Part shown: positions 1-16,500 of the stretch, in pieces
Numbering within the stretch: the stretch's first letter is position 1
Layout of the letters: the number at the start of each line of letters is the position of its first letter
NCBI RefSeq assembly: GCF_009914755.1
Contig: NC_060935.1
DNA length: 64,000 bases
Strand: one strand, 5' to 3'
Source of the DNA: the human T2T-CHM13v2.0 reference genome, Homo sapiens
Translations under genes and position numbers: made by a program
The notes under the pieces: generated by a model
What the model was told of the DNA's origin: nothing
What the model saw: the letters and a program-made list of their open reading frames with translations, nothing else
The model's database searches: none

Positions 1-30
1 TGTGAGTTGCAAGGAAAATGTGAATGATCA

Positions 31-205
31 CCATATTTCATCAATTGTAAAAGGCAACTTTTTCCACATTTTTATATACCTGAAATAAGGCTGCATCTTA
101 CAGTTGATCATACCTTATAGTTAAAATAGGCAGGTTTTTAAAATGGAATATAACATATAATGCTGTATCCCACATTAGCTGCATTTTAGACTCAAAGTTA
201 ATTAC
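31..205. mobile_element. MER104/Kanga-like Tc2 DNA transposon relic
   Basis: ccatatttcatcaattgtaa...ctgaaataaggctgcatcttaca...cattttagactc resembles the consensus as I recall it. Confidence 0.55.
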
Positions 206-994
206 CCCAGGACCCATATCCCACTCTTTATTTTGAAATTTCTCTCTAGTCAGGCACAATGGTTCCTACAATATTGTCTGTCCTTCTTCTCTCACTGGTC
301 CTGTCATATTATTAACTCATTTTAAAAATATTGATTGTCTATTTTGCCGGATCTCATATTCTTATAAAGTGGTTCCATTTATAGAACAGTCATTGCACCT
401 AATTTAGACCAGTTCAAGATATTTCAGAACTTATCTTTCAGGTAAGCCCATGTTGGCCATTTGTTTGAACAAGAGCCTCTGAAAACTGTTTGGTGGATTC
501 TAACTACAGATGGGTTATTTAGGAAAGAGAAGCCATTTCTTAATGAATGGGAGTATGCCTCATACCAGCTTATGTAAAATCACAGCAGTACTATCGCATG
601 GCTGGAATCACATAAGCATTGGCTACCAGATCCCCTGAGACAGGTGCAGAGCTGAGAAAATCACGGTGGGAGTGATTGTGGAGGGAGTAATGATTGTGAG
701 ACAGCAGGAGGGAGAAGCTTCCTACCCTACCACTCCCAGCTTTTGGAACTTCAAAGTGCTGATGTATCATAGACATTCAATATATGGTTGTTTAATGAAT
801 GAATATATTTAGCCAAAAAATCAGATTAAAGCAATTTGAATGAGTGGTGCTGAAAAGAAATGGAAATCACAAAGGCCAGTTGCCCCAAAGGGGTGTGCAG
901 GGAAGGGAGAAGGCAAATGTCACTGACCTTGCTGTGGTGGTGAGGTTGGATGGGAGTTACTCTATCTTTCTGCCTGTCAACACTTGGGATTTAT

Positions 995-1210
995 TATCAT
1001 TGAGTCACTATTGTAAGAGCTTTATAAACATTAACCTACTTAATCTTCAAAATTATCTTATAACATAGCTACTATTATCTCAATTTTATTAATAAAGAGA
1101 CTGATACACCAAGAGGTGAAGTGCCTTTCCCAGGGTCTCACAGCTAGTAAGTGACAGATTTAGGGTTTGAACACAGGACTCTGGTTCCAGAGTCTGTGCT
1201 TCGATCACTT
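995..1210 (-). mobile_element. MIR
   Basis: gaggtgaagtgcctttcccagggtctcacagctagtaagtg core. Confidence 0.85.
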
Positions 1211-2524
1211 CATTTCAGTGCATCTTTCTTCACTCAGGAGGTGTTCTCTATTTTAGTCATTACAATACTATGGCCTTTGAAGCCAGATGTCTGTGGTCTG
1301 TCCCAGACTTGAGGAGAGACAAACTCGGCTCTCAGGCTGCAGAATGATAGGCTGATAGGCCTGCCCTGTAGGTGTGGTCAGGCAGAGATGGCCGGCACAC
1401 TCTCTAGATTTGACTTGGATATGATCCATGTTTTTAGAAATACAATTAAAAACTTTACTTAAAATTACATGTTCTGTTATAGTATTAAAATGACATCTCC
1501 CCTGTACCCTCAAATCCCAGGTTAGAAAAAAGTAATGTTTGACTTTCTTTGTTCTTTTTTGTCCTGGCATTGTAAAATATAGCCTAAAGAAAGTCCTGGG
1601 GAACTGCTCATAGCTATATGTCAAATGAATTATTTTATCAGTGTGTTAAAACAATTTTTTTAAGCCCACATTTTCTCTAAAACTCTTGATGGAAAATTAA
1701 CATCTTGATGGGATACAGAATTAAAAACAAATACTTTAAGAAATTACTGCTAGAGGAATTAATCAAAATACTGAGAGGCAGCAGATTTGTTCTGAAAATA
1801 ATCCTGATATCTGAGTTTCTGTCTTGAAAAGGAGAAATATTTACCTTTTAAAATTCCATACTATAAATACATTCTAAATCAAAATTCTGGCTCTTGATTG
1901 TTGTTTAATATCCAGAAAGGAAAATGGCTTTTGATTTGGGGTTGGCGTTTAACAGAAATCACAAAAGTGTCCATTTGTACACCATAGGCTGGATTTGGGC
2001 CTATGATACTAACAACATACCTTCAGTTTTAACAGAGGTTAGATATTTAATGCAGCATTAGAATCCAAGATGTAGACAGATGTCTCAGACAGACAAACAT
2101 GGTAGCCAAGTAGACCTTGCTTTTTCAGCCTATGAGAGTGAGAGCTGTGTCTTTGTTCCTAGTGCCTAGCAAAGGGCTGGAACATAGGAGGCACAATATA
2201 TGTACAATTGAGTTTCTCCAACTGAACAGAGATAGAAAACTGTTGCCTTTGTGCACCAATGGAAAGTTAAGGTATTAGAATTGCTACCCAAATATACTCA
2301 ATAGTGATAGTGTATGTTTGTCTGGAATGTAGATGTAGATAATAAATAAAAAGTAGATTCACATGAAATTTTGAGAGCACACTTGACAGCATACAATGTC
2401 CATTTTATTTATTTCCTTGACACTGTGTTTTGCTCAGTTACTTGGATGTTGACAAATGCTATTATCATATTTTCTTCTTAGAAGCAATATGAATATTAAA
2501 ACTAATCTTGGGAGATTCCACTGA

Positions 2525-2825
<301 letters not shown>

Positions 2826-3244
2826 TGCCTTTTTTTTTTTTTTTTTATAATGAGTTATGAGTTAAGCCTATTTATCTTTGGTATTCTTCTTTGTGTTCCA
2901 TGGCAATGCAGATTCCACTGTGTTCCTCCTTCTTATAAATTTGAAAAATGAGGAAAAATGAGATTGTGTGCCTTTAATTATATTATCAGCAATTGAGGGA
3001 AAATACAGGTACCATGTATTTTGCCAAGGTTATCTTTTCTAACAAACTGCCTGTTAATTTGTGGGAATGCTTCTGAGTCATTATTAGCAATGCTTTTGTT
3101 TGCTATTGTCTCTTAGAATCTTAATTTCTTACATATATTTTCTTTCATTTTTCTAACTTGATTCTCTCATCATCTTTTATGGTTTCTTAACATTCTTATT
3201 TACCAGTAGTAAATACAATTATTATCATTTTTTCTTAGTAGCTC

Positions 3245-3635
3245 ACAGCAACATACATTTATCTGAGAGTCTAGAGTTTAGAAGACAAAAATAGGTTTCA
3301 CTGGAATAAATTATCTGTCCACAGCACTGCATTCCTCCTAGAGGTCCAGGGAAGAAACTGTCTTCAAAGCCAGCGATGCCCTGTATAGTCTTTCTCGGGC
3401 TGTCAATCTGGTCTCTGCTTCTGTCATAACATCTTCTTCTCTGACTCTCCTGCCTCTCTTTTTCTATCAAAAGGCCCTTGTGATTAGATTAGGCACATCC
3501 AGATAATCTAGGATTGACTTCTCATCTCAAGATCCTTAATTTCGTCACATCTGAAAAGTCCTATTTGCCTTATAAGGTGACGTAATCATAGGTTTTAGGT
3601 ATTGGGATATGGACATTTTGGGATTAATTATTCTG
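3245..3635 (-). mobile_element. MLT1 (MaLR) solo LTR
   Basis: cccttgtgattagattagg...cagataatctagga...catctcaagatccttaat...cacatctgaaaagtc...taaggtgac...ggacattttgg. Confidence 0.85.
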
Positions 3636-3654
3636 TAGTGTTCTTTTTTTAGGA

Positions 3655-3792
3655 TAAAATTTTATTTTATATTTTCCCCTCTACTTTTAAGTTCTGGGGT
3701 ACATGTGCAAAATGTGAGGATTTGTTACATAGGTAAATGTGTGTCATGGTAGTAATAATTATTTGATTAGAGAATTATCCCATCACCTGGGA
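3655..3792 (-). mobile_element. L1P 3'-end fragment
   Basis: cttttaagttctggggtacatgtgcaaaatgtg...tttgttacataggtaaa. Confidence 0.85.
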
Positions 3793-3949
3793 TTACAGTT
3801 ATAATTCAATTAGGTCCTTGTTCTCATGGAGCTTATTTTCAACTGGGAGAAGGAAGACCATGGCAAATAAATATGGTAATTATATGTGGTGACAAATGCT
3901 GTGAAGAAACTAAAACAGGCTATCATTTTACAATAAAAAGGTAGCAGGC

Positions 3950-4200
3950 TCTGATGGTCAAGAGCAGGGAGGCTACAGCCAGACCAGAATTTTAATCTCA
4001 GCACTAATACTTTGCTGTGTGATCTTGGGCAAGTTATTGAGCCTTTCTGTGCCTTTGTTTCTTCATCTCTGAAAAGGAAACAATCATAGCCCCTATCTCA
4101 CAGGCTTGTTTTAGGGATTACATTAATTAATACATGGAATACATAGAACCCTATCTGATATACAGTAGGCACTTTGCAAGATTAACTTTTTTTTTCATTA
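3950..4200 (+). mobile_element. MIR
   Basis: gctgtgtgatcttgggcaagttattgagcctttctgtgcc core. Confidence 0.85.
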
Positions 4201-5989
4201 TTTTAGTAATTAATACCTCCCGGATACTTTCTATCAGCCGGAAATTATTATTATAACTTGTCCATCAAAATTACCCTATGAAGTAGGTGTTAGTCCCTTT
4301 TCACAGATGAGAAATCTGAAGGTTGGAGAGGCTAAATAACTATCACAAGGTCATGCAGCTAGCCAAGTAGCAGAAGCACTGCATTTGACTTCTGCTCTGT
4401 CCTCAAACATCTTTGCCTCTCTTCATAAGACGTAAGTTTGATTTTTTCTGAATATTTACTTTCTAGTGGCTCATTAATTAAGCCCATTATATCCATAATC
4501 TCACATTTAGGACTAGCGAGATAATGCACATTTACTGACAATAAAACTCATCCTTCTTAGCCTTTTTCTTTTCTGATTTTTTTCTTATACAAAAGAAAAA
4601 ATTTTGCTGCTGCCTAAAGTCAGACTGATTATAACCTCAGCAACATCTTTTATATACATTTGACTTAACTTTATTCATATAGAATTTATTAATTACGAGC
4701 CAAATATCTTGCTCCTTAAAGGTTGCATGCAGTTTCCTGTTGCATCTGTACCTTCTACATTAGATGCTTTAGAGTAGGGTGCTTTAGAAAGTATTTCCAT
4801 TTGTGATCCCCCAGATTTCACCCATTTAGTTGAAATTCAAAATTGCTATTATTTTTCTTTTCATGACTTTTTCAGATGTCTCTTTTCTTTTCCTAATCAC
4901 AGTTCCATTTAGACCAAATGACATTCAGAAATTCTCACTTCGGTGGTAATCTGCTTTCTTTTACATCCAGTTTTAAACCATAATCACTACCCTCTTCCCT
5001 CAATTGCTCAGATAGTTGGTGTATATTTTATTAAGCAACAACTTGCCAGATTTAAGAAAAGTGCTCTCTTAGAGCAAAGCATCATTCTAAAGCCCCAGGG
5101 CTTGGCAGCACAACGTGGCTCAGCAGATCCTGAGGCCATGCATATAAGTTTAATGAGGCTGTGAAGGGAAAGTGCTGTAAAATCCATGAACTTCGCCCAT
5201 ACTAGTTAAAGGAGCATGGCCTTTTTCTCCTTCTAAAGAAGTGAGGAATAGGTGAGGACCCAGAGATTGGCAGTTAAGATCTGGCTGTTGGCCCCCTCTT
5301 GGAGATATGGTGTTTCAAATGGACACCAGAGTCAGGCAGGCCATTATCAGAATTTTGCCTCTTCTACTTAATTGTTGTGTAACTTCCCTGGGATTTTATT
5401 CTATCATTCACAAAATGGGAATAACAGTGTTTACAGTGCTTTGTGAGAATTAAATGGCATAATGTACATAAATATTTAGACATACTGGGCACTCCATAAT
5501 GATAACAAGTATTATAACTAGTTACTACCTGTTCTTTCTACATTCACTTGTGATTTTTTTCTGAATCCTTGAACCCAGTTCATTCCTTCATAAGTGGACT
5601 TTCATGATGGTGTAGAGCAAAACCTCTCCTTTGGCTTTGTTAGTTCACCATTTATTTTTATTATTTTAAGGACTAGCCATCAGCTTCTCCACATGAACCT
5701 ACCCATTTTCATGATGCTTAGGCTTAAAAATATTACTGGCACTCAAATTTTTATTGATCAATTGACTGAATCATTCATCAAACATTTATTGACTTCCTAC
5801 TAGAGTCACTCCTTTCCCCCATGAAGCTCATAGTCTCTGGCCAGGTCAGGTGCTTGTTTACATGAAGTACAAGTCTGAGGGAGAAAGGCAACAACACAAG
5901 ATGCTGAGATAGCACAGAGGAAGCAGTGTTCCTCTCCTGGGGATGGAGTGTATGGTTAGGGAAGGCTTCCTAGAGGAGAATGACTCTAG

Positions 5990-6777
<788 letters not shown>

Positions 6778-7829
6778 GAAAGTAAAGGTGTGTTAAGTAG
6801 GCAAAGGAAAAAGGGAATTCTGGGCAGAATATAATTACTAAGCCCCAGAGGATGAAACATCAAGGCCTGTCGGGTGAAGGATGAGCAATTTGGTGTCATT
6901 TGAGTAAACATTCAAGGAGAGGTATAGCTGAGAAGAGGATGATAAGAGAAGACATACATTTGGATGTATAAATTTAGAGGAAAAGTGCCCAAGAAAACTG
7001 CCTGACATATAGTAAATGCTTGATAAGTGCGCTTATTTTTTTTTCTTCTAAAGACCAGCTCTTGTTTTATAAAATAATATACATTATGCTTAAAAGCCAG
7101 ATATTATACTTGATTTTCTTTATAGCTTGTTCTGTACTCTCAGGCTTTCTGTAAAATTTTACTTTTTATTTTTGGTTTATAGTTAAGAAAGTCAAAGATG
7201 GAAAATACAAATTGTGAGAAAAAATTACAATAATGTATCCTTAATATTTCAACATCAACAATCACAAAACGAACAAATAAGAGATTAATAAGAAAATCCA
7301 CTTTTTTTGCTTTCAATAAGAAAATTAAACATCCATATGTCAGCAGACTATTAAAAACGTTTTCTCTTGAATCTATTAGAAGGAGGGAAAAATGCATTCC
7401 TAATGATAAATAGAACTATCCAAGTTGAAAACATTTGATTTTCCTCAGCAATTTTCTCAGCACGTCCTTCTGTCTCCCACACCCCTCCCAATAATCTTCA
7501 CATCTTCATTTCTTTGGAGTTTGTTTCAGCTTTGTTTTGATAATGATAGTGTAGACACACTACTTTCATTATTTCTCACTAATAGTTACCTAAAGCAACT
7601 ATTTGTCTGCAATTTTATAGATAATTGTGTTTCTTTTAGAATGCTCTTTGTGTTTCTGCTGCTCATTACTAAGTATACAACAGTGGGGAATTGTCTCTAA
7701 AACCCTACTACTCCTTCTTTTGCATACTGGGAAAATCTCCCACAGTGAAGAATGCCTATTTTTAAGAAATTCAAATATTTCTTTTTCTTTTTTGTAGGAA
7801 ATTCAAGTGTTTAAAAGAAAATAAAAATA

Positions 7830-8144
7830 CAGCAATGTGTTGCTTAACAATGGTGATTATGTCTTTTGGTGTCACGGGAACATCTCAGAGTGCACTTACA
7901 TGAACCTAGATGGTATAGCCTAATAGACAACTAGGCTGTGTGGTATGGCCTCTTGTTCCTGCGCTACAAATATGTACAGCATGTTACTGTTACTGTACTG
8001 AATACTCTAGGCAACTGTAACACAACGTAAGTATTTGTATATCTAAACATATAAAAAGTACTATAAACATATGGTATTATAATCTTATAAGACCACCGTT
8101 GTATATGTGATCCATTGTTAAACATTATTTTGTGGTGCATGATT
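7830..8144. mobile_element. Tigger3a/MER7-type DNA transposon
   Basis: gaacatctcagagtgcacttacatgaacctagatggtatagcc...tgtacagcatgttactgt...tattataatcttataagaccaccgttgtatatgtg. Confidence 0.85.
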
Positions 8145-8546
8145 ATTTTAAAAATTTGGATAAATGGGGTATGATTATTTCTATTACCAAGAAATCAATC
8201 ATTTATAAAATCAGTTCTTCTGAGTGACCTTCAACAGAGGTATTTACGCGTTGACTATTGCATAATGAAAACGGATTATAAATATCTTTATATGAAGATG
8301 TCTATGATATGAAACTGGTTAATTTTTGCACATATTTCCAAGGGAATGGGGTGGTTTTAACCTTGATTTCATATCCCTTTAGATGCCAGTAACCTCTTTA
8401 AAGATTATTGTGTTCCATTTTTTTTTCTAGAAAATCACACCAGTTAATGAAGTACAATTGCATGGAGATTTCTTTTGTAACTTGTGATCCCTTGGCAATC
8501 TACAGAAGATTGGTTATTATGATAGTCACATTGAAAGAAAAATCTA

Positions 8547-9054
<508 letters not shown>

Positions 9055-9559
9055 CTAATGCTATAAAATTATTTCTGATTTGGGAAAATATCTTTAGGCA
9101 TGAAGAGCAGGTGTCAGTGGTAAGCCAACTAAGAAATCACAATGTTTCATTCCTTAACTCCCCAGGCCATTACACATTCTCCTGTTAAGTGTTTTTTTCT
9201 TCTTTAAAATAATACCAATAAGATTTACCTGTATTCCTCTATGGTCTTAGTTTCAGATTTTATTTAGATAAGTTTCTCATTAATTTAACTGGCTACTAAT
9301 AGGGGCAAGAAGAAATTGGGATCAATGGAGACGAAGAGGATATGTGACTTCTCAGTGTACACATTTTAATATTATTTTGATTTTTGAACCCACATATTAT
9401 GTTAGCATTAAAAATAAAGTTAATATACCACCAAGCATTCACTCATCAAACAGGTAAATAAGTTTTCTCAAAATATGATTAGCAAACTTATGGAAAGCCT
9501 GATAATTCTATGCTCCAGCTAGTTATTATTTGGATAATAAAATTAATTAGAGTATGATG

Positions 9560-9800
9560 CTGAAGAAAGAGCACAAGAAATGGAACCAGAGCATCTGGGT
9601 GCAAGTTTGGCTCATAGTATTTACTAGTTGTGTGACCTTGAGCGAGTCACTTAACTTCACTGAGCTTAACTTCTCTTATCTATGAAATTACAATGATGAT
9701 AATACCACCAGTATATTTACCTCTTGGAGTTGTTCTGTAGATTCAATAAGAAACACACATGAGAGCGCTTTGTAAACTGCAAAGTCTTATACTTGTGCTA
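9560..9800 (+). mobile_element. MIR
   Basis: tactagttgtgtgaccttgagcgagtcacttaacttcactgagc. Confidence 0.85.
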
Positions 9801-10759
9801 GCTAATATTTTATATTTCAATTAATGTTTCCAAGACTCTATTTTCAAATTCTCAAAGCCACTATTAAGATCATTACGAAATATGTTTATTTGTTTGCTTA
9901 ATCTTTTGCTTTCATGCACCAAACAACCAAAGTAAAACTGAGTGTGTGTTTGTCTTTAGTTAACCTGGTCAGCAGGAGTGTCAGAATCATTCTTGGAAGC
10001 AAAGAAAATCTGCTCCCATAGAATGGCTATTTTTCGGCATTGAAGATCAATATTTGGGAGCTCTAGTTAACTAACAGAACTCCCAACAAGCATTTCAGCG
10101 GGGATGAATTTACTTTGTTACCCATAGTTCGAAGAGAAACTGCAAGGTATGGTCATTTTTTTGGCCCATTTGTTCATTCCACAAATATGTATTGAGTGCC
10201 AACTCTGTGCTGGGTGCTCCTCTAGGCACTTCGGACACGGCTGTGAGCAAGACAGACAAAACATGATGCTCTCATGGAGGTTACTTTCTACTGGAAAAAT
10301 AACTGAGCTTACAGCTTTTTTCATCCTAAGCACACAAATACCTTAATCTGAAGAGCATTTCTTGCCTTCTGATAAACAGCTTTAAAACTGTTTTTTGGTG
10401 GTAAGATCCTTGCTTCATGTATCCAAGACCAAACATGAAAAACAAATAAAGATTGCTCTGGCTGGAGTGGGACTGGGGCCAGGGGCCAGGTTGTCTCCTC
10501 CTACACTCCCCATCCCTGCTCCTGCCATCCCTCTGCCAGACCCCAGGACTCTTCAGAGGACAGTTTATTTGAAACTTCCACACAGGGCGTTATCTCCACA
10601 TCAGTTTTGATACTGAAGACATCCTGTAAGTGCCTGCATCCACAGTCTCCCAAGGGTTTTCTCAAGTTCCATTCCTCCTCTGGGTCTAATTATCTCTCTC
10701 TCCACATAATAGCCACATTATAGGGTTTCTGTTGTTTCTGATAATTATGATAATAACGA

Positions 10760-10960
10760 TAATTATCGCTTATGGAGGACATACTATCTGTCAGGACAGT
10801 GCCAGGCATTTTATATGTACGCCTTCGTTTAATCCCCAGAGTCATCCTGTGAGATAGGTATGAATCATCATTTTACAGATAAAGAATGAGACTCCAAGAA
10901 GTGAAGTAATTTTCCAAGGCTACAGAGCTGTTAATGGTGGAGCTGGAATTTGAACATATC
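10760..10960 (-). mobile_element. MIR
   Basis: cattttacagataaaga...tccaaggctacagagctg. Confidence 0.8.
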
Positions 10961-11754
10961 TATCCGATTTCACAGTAGGAATTCTTTTTTTTTTCTTCCT
11001 ATATTTCAGGCCCATCAGCAGGAAGTAAGGAAATTCTTAACTACTGCTGCTTCCCAAACTCTGTGAAGCTCTTTGACCCTCTCAGGGATAGTTCTAAGTA
11101 TGGTGCAAAGGGCTGATTAGAGCAAAGGGCAGCACAATGCTCACTCAAATATGTGTTGAAGGTTATTACACTAGCTGTCATTTACGCATGGCCTACTCCA
11201 TTCTGAACATTCTACATCCATTTTCACTAATCTTCCAGCAACTCTGGAAGGTAAATATGATTACCCCTACATTCCTGGTGAAGACTCTCTGGCACAGAGA
11301 GGTTGTCACTCACTTGAGGTCTCACAGCTAGCAAGTGGTGAGCCCTCTGCTTGCCTTTATGACAGCTTGGGGCCAAACTATTCCTAGAGCCAAACTATTC
11401 CTAGAGCCAAGCCCAAGACTCCCATATCCCCCAAAAGAACAACAACAATTTTAAAAAGAGAAAGAAGACATACTCTCCTAGCCCGCATCTGCTCCTAATC
11501 CAGGCCCTACTCCAAGCCGCTACTGTCGGACTCCGTTCTCATTTACAACTGGGTGCTAAACTCTCCAACTCCACCAGCATGAACCCTCCTAACTCTATTT
11601 CCTTGTCTGACAAATTTTGTCCCTCCATATCCCTCTCCTGGCATCTTTTTCTTTTGGTTTCTCCACACCCATTCCAAACTATTTTATTTGTTTCCTCTTC
11701 AAGCCTTTTATTACAGCATGAATCTGTTTATATTTTCTTCCTTTTATGAGAAAC

Positions 11755-12010
11755 AGGATGGTGCACGGGTTGTTCTGGAGCCTTTCTGCCTGAGACTGAA
11801 ACTTTGTTTTACTCTACTGTATAGTTTTTAACCTCGGGAAAACCACTTATGCTTTCTGTGTCTCAGTTTCCTCATCTGTAAAATGAGTAAGGGAATATAA
11901 CCTATATCACAAGTTTTTGCAAAGTTTAAATGAGTTAACACATGCAGAGATTTTTAGAAAGGTGTCAGGCCTGTAGTGAGTGCTTCATACATGCGAGTTT
12001 TAATTATTCT
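11755..12010 (+). mobile_element. MIR
   Basis: tctcagtttcctcatctgtaaaatg. Confidence 0.85.
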
Positions 12011-12231
12011 CTTCTTGTAACCATGTCCCATTCTCTCTACATCTTTCTTTTTCTCTCATCTATATTTTACTCTGCTTTAGCTACACATTGTTTTAAAAAG
12101 TAAAAACAGAGTTTATATAAAATAAGTTCATTGTCATTATTCTTTTTTTTTTTTTCAATTTGGTCTACATTTAAATGCCTACTATTAGCCAGACACTGTA
12201 CTAAGGAAAAAGAAGGAATATAAAGATGAAT

Positions 12232-12592
<361 letters not shown>

Positions 12593-12669
12593 TTAATTAG
12601 CCAATCATGCTTTCCATGTTTTCAGGAAAGGATGAATTTATGTATTCATAGGTCAATATTTATGTCTAT

Positions 12670-13565
12670 TGGTTTTATCACCTACATCCTTCCCTGAATC
12701 TATCTACTTCTCTCTACCTATTCTGCCACCACTCTTTATTTTTTATTTTACCTTTTTTACAGATAGGGTCTTGCTCTGTCCTGCAAGCTGGATTGCTGTG
12801 ATGTGAACATAGCTCACTGCATCCTTGAACTGCTGGTCTGCCACCATGCTTATCCAACTAGCACCATCTCTCACACAGACTCATGCCTTTCAACTGGTCC
12901 TACCCCAGCCTCTTCGGTGCTTTCTGGCCTACTTTCTATTCAGCAGCCAGAGCCATCTTTGTGAACAGCAAATCTGATCTTGCCAGCCTCAGGCCTAAAA
13001 CCTTTCAAAGGTCCTTTCATTGTTTTTAGTAGAAATAACACAGTCCTGTGTGATCTGTCTCTGCTTCTCTCTTCTGCCTCCTCCAGTGTTTCTCCCACAT
13101 TCCCTGGTTTGCTTTCAGTCCCTCCACTGCACCATCCTCTCTCCTTCAGATACACTTCAGATATCTTTCCCTCCTGAAATACTCTTCCTCCTTTTTCTGC
13201 TATGCTTTGACAATACCTACTCACCCTTCAGATTAAAGAAAGTATTATTCCCGTGGAATGCCTTCTTGACGCTCTCCTCTAGGTCAGAGCTTTTGTTTGT
13301 CTTCGTTTGGTCTGGTTTAGTATTCTCTGAGTACATTTGAGTACGTAGACTTTAAGATTTTGGATCCAAGTTCTCTTCTTTTTCTTGAGCATTCACTTTG
13401 TATAATTCGTTAGTGTGATTTTACTTGGCTGACTGTAGGTCCATTAGGGAAGGAAGGGGCCATGTCTATTTTGCTCACCATTGTATCTCCAGAGTGCAAG
13501 GCAGCATGTCACTCACTGGAATAATTTAATAAATATTAGCTGAATAAAGATTGAATGAATGAATG
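12670..13565 (+). mobile_element. L2 fragment
   Basis: cagcagccagagccatcttt...tgctcaccattgtatctcca...tgaatgaatgaat. Confidence 0.8.
12750..12836 (-). mobile_element. Degraded Alu/FLAM fragment
   Basis: agggtcttgctctgtc...atagctcactgcatccttgaac. Confidence 0.7.
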
Positions 13566-16500
13566 TTGTCCTGCCATTGCTTAATGTTACCAATGTGCCA
13601 GCAATTCTTTAGTAATAAAGTAAATTACTTTTAGCAATGGGAACATGATAAATGTGAGGAAGCTAAGAGGAGAATAAGAGATTATCTTGAAACAAAGTGC
13701 AATTTGGAATTTTTGTCTTTTAAAGACTTAGGTAATGAGTCTATCAGGAATTCTATGTGAATTAGGAATCTAAAAAGCACATTAAAGATGTATACTTTCT
13801 ATTTCTTGGGCTTGGGTTTCCACCCTAAAGCTGCCACTACTTGTGATTCTGACAGTTCAAGACATCTCCACTATTTCAGCTTTCTGCATCTTTAATGTCC
13901 TGAAATTGATTTTTTACATTACTTTCCTTCAGCCTCAAAAAATCTATCTGCAAGTTTAGCAATTACAATTTAATTTATTAAACTGATAAGATTTAGGCCA
14001 CAATGGTTCTATAAACAAAAAGATCATGAACAGTAAGTTGTTAATCCTGAAACCCCCAAGAAACAATAAATGCTTCTACTTGAATTAAACTTAAAATCAT
14101 TATTGAATGTTTCAAATCCCATGGTACACAGAGACAGCAAATTACACAGATACAGATCTTTCCCCTTCTTCCGAGTGGGTGAAAGATAATTTCTGTGTGT
14201 TTAAAATGTATGGGGAAAAAAGGAAACATTTAGAAATTACCTTCTTGTAATAATTGTTATTTGATGGCATGTTTTAATTAGAAGACACAATAAACTAAAC
14301 TTCATAGAACATCAGCTGGAAAGGGCCTTAAAACTAATCTCTTGAACCACCTTAATTAACAAACAATGGAATCCATGTTCAGAAAAGTGATATGACTTAG
14401 GTGTGCTCAATAAAGTTGCAGAGTGAGGGACAGGACGAGAAAAGTGCCTCATTACTCATTATTAAAGTTGAGGACTGACAAATAGCTATTCAAAGAGATG
14501 TGAGGGTAAACTATACTGGGCACCCAGAATATAGAGTGAAGTCAGAAAGTTTTAAAGCTGTCTTGCTTTATAGTCAGTCCTCTTTGCATATCTCTGTGCA
14601 ACATTCTTTTACAGTTCTCTAACACCCTGAAATTCCTTATCAAATTGAAGGATTATCTAGTGAAGATCTGTGTTCATTTTGTAATACTTGTAGAGTCAAG
14701 AGTAGTATTAGAACCCTTTATTTCCATGCATTTGATCTGGGTGTTGCTAATGATAGATGTGAATCTAAGAGGTCTCCTTGTTGTCAAAATGTCTCTTGCA
14801 CAAGGATCTATTTGGCTTTTTCCAGTATTAATGAGTGACTGATTTATGTCACTAAATGTCAACATACCCCTCAAATAATATAAAATCACAAGATGAAACT
14901 GTCAAAGATAAATATACTTTATTACGGAATGAAAGTTTTTATGGGGATGTTCGGAACTGTAATCATACAATGAGAGGAGGTTATATCTATTATTAACCTA
15001 TAATCAGCTTTGTAAATATTTTTAACCCCTTTGATATGAGTTAAAGATGCACCATTCCCAGGATAGATAATGAGATGAAGAGAGTTTTCTAATTTAGGAG
15101 TTAGGAAGTGATACCTGCTTTTGTCCTTATTATATTACTCGAGGTCAAAAACTGGCTGTTAGGCATGGGGAGAGGTATGCAGCATGATTAATTATTAAGG
15201 AATCTGGAAAGGACCTTTCATGAATGAATCTGCAGACTGTTCAGGAATCATCTTTTTAGTCATATTCTATGCTGCTATGGGTTAGATGGAGGTTGGGGAG
15301 GAAACAAAGGCAACTAGGAGAAGGTTATTAAAAGGATACAATAAGTGAAGAGACTTCCTGGGAAGTGTCTAGTTGCTGGCAGAGGCCTTTTTCTGTTAGT
15401 AGAATGTGTACATGTGTGGGAGAGAGTTGTGGAGAAAGAAATGTCTAAGCAATAAAAATCTAGAGTCATGTAAAGTTTTATTTAAGTTTCTTTCCTAATA
15501 TTTCAGTACAAATTAGAATATGATAACTAGATTAATTAGAACATAATTAATGTAACATATTAGGTGAAATTTAATACTTGGCAACAAAGAGTATCACTAA
15601 AGACAAGCTTATTGATAACAGATAAATGAATGGATAAGCAGCTGGCTGGCTGGCTGGATAAAGGGTGTGCACGAAGAAGGTAGGATGGAAAGAGAAAAAC
15701 TGTAATATATTTGAACTACTTGTTGAAAAAAATAACTATTTCCAGATTTGTGGCTATTTTAAAAATTAACAATAGTTGCCTACACTTACAATAATGCTGT
15801 CATGTATACATCATTCAGTTGTGATACAGAAACAATAGCAATTAACAACAGTAACATGCTAGAAATGAAAGTGATGCAGTATGCCCGAGAAAGTGGTGAG
15901 GCTCCCTCAGAAATTTTTTGACCCCTTTATGTCCATTTGATTATAATAATCTCATTGCATTCCATTCCTTGGGCTATTAAAGCCACTCCCCATCATGAGC
16001 TACTACAGTAAATTTTAAAAATCAAGGAAATTACTAACTGCTCAGCTAGCCTCAGCTTTAACAGCTATACCAATTTTAAAATATTAAACGGCTTTCCTAT
16101 CTAGATGCTGAACTTTAGTTCCTCCATATGTGAAATGAGTAAACTTGACAAGATTATCTTTAAGGATTCTTAAAACTTTTAATTTCTATTTCTTAGTGAT
16201 TCTAGTTAAACTACACAGAATCTATCAAGTTAACTAGGTCGTGCATTCATTTCTCCTTATGTATTAAAAATGCAAAGAAAAGATGTAATGTTAGCGACAA
16301 AACTTTCAAGTAATGAAACTTATGCTTCTATCTCACCTAAGTTGGAATTTGCACCAGAAAACTGGTCTTGTCCAGTCCAAGTCGTGTACGGTACTTTCTG
16401 TTCTGAAAGCTTACTTAAATGTTCTCTGATGATTCTGATGCAATTTCTGATCAAGATCCACAGCTGGACTTTAAAAATCTTTCCTGGGTATTTGTGATGC

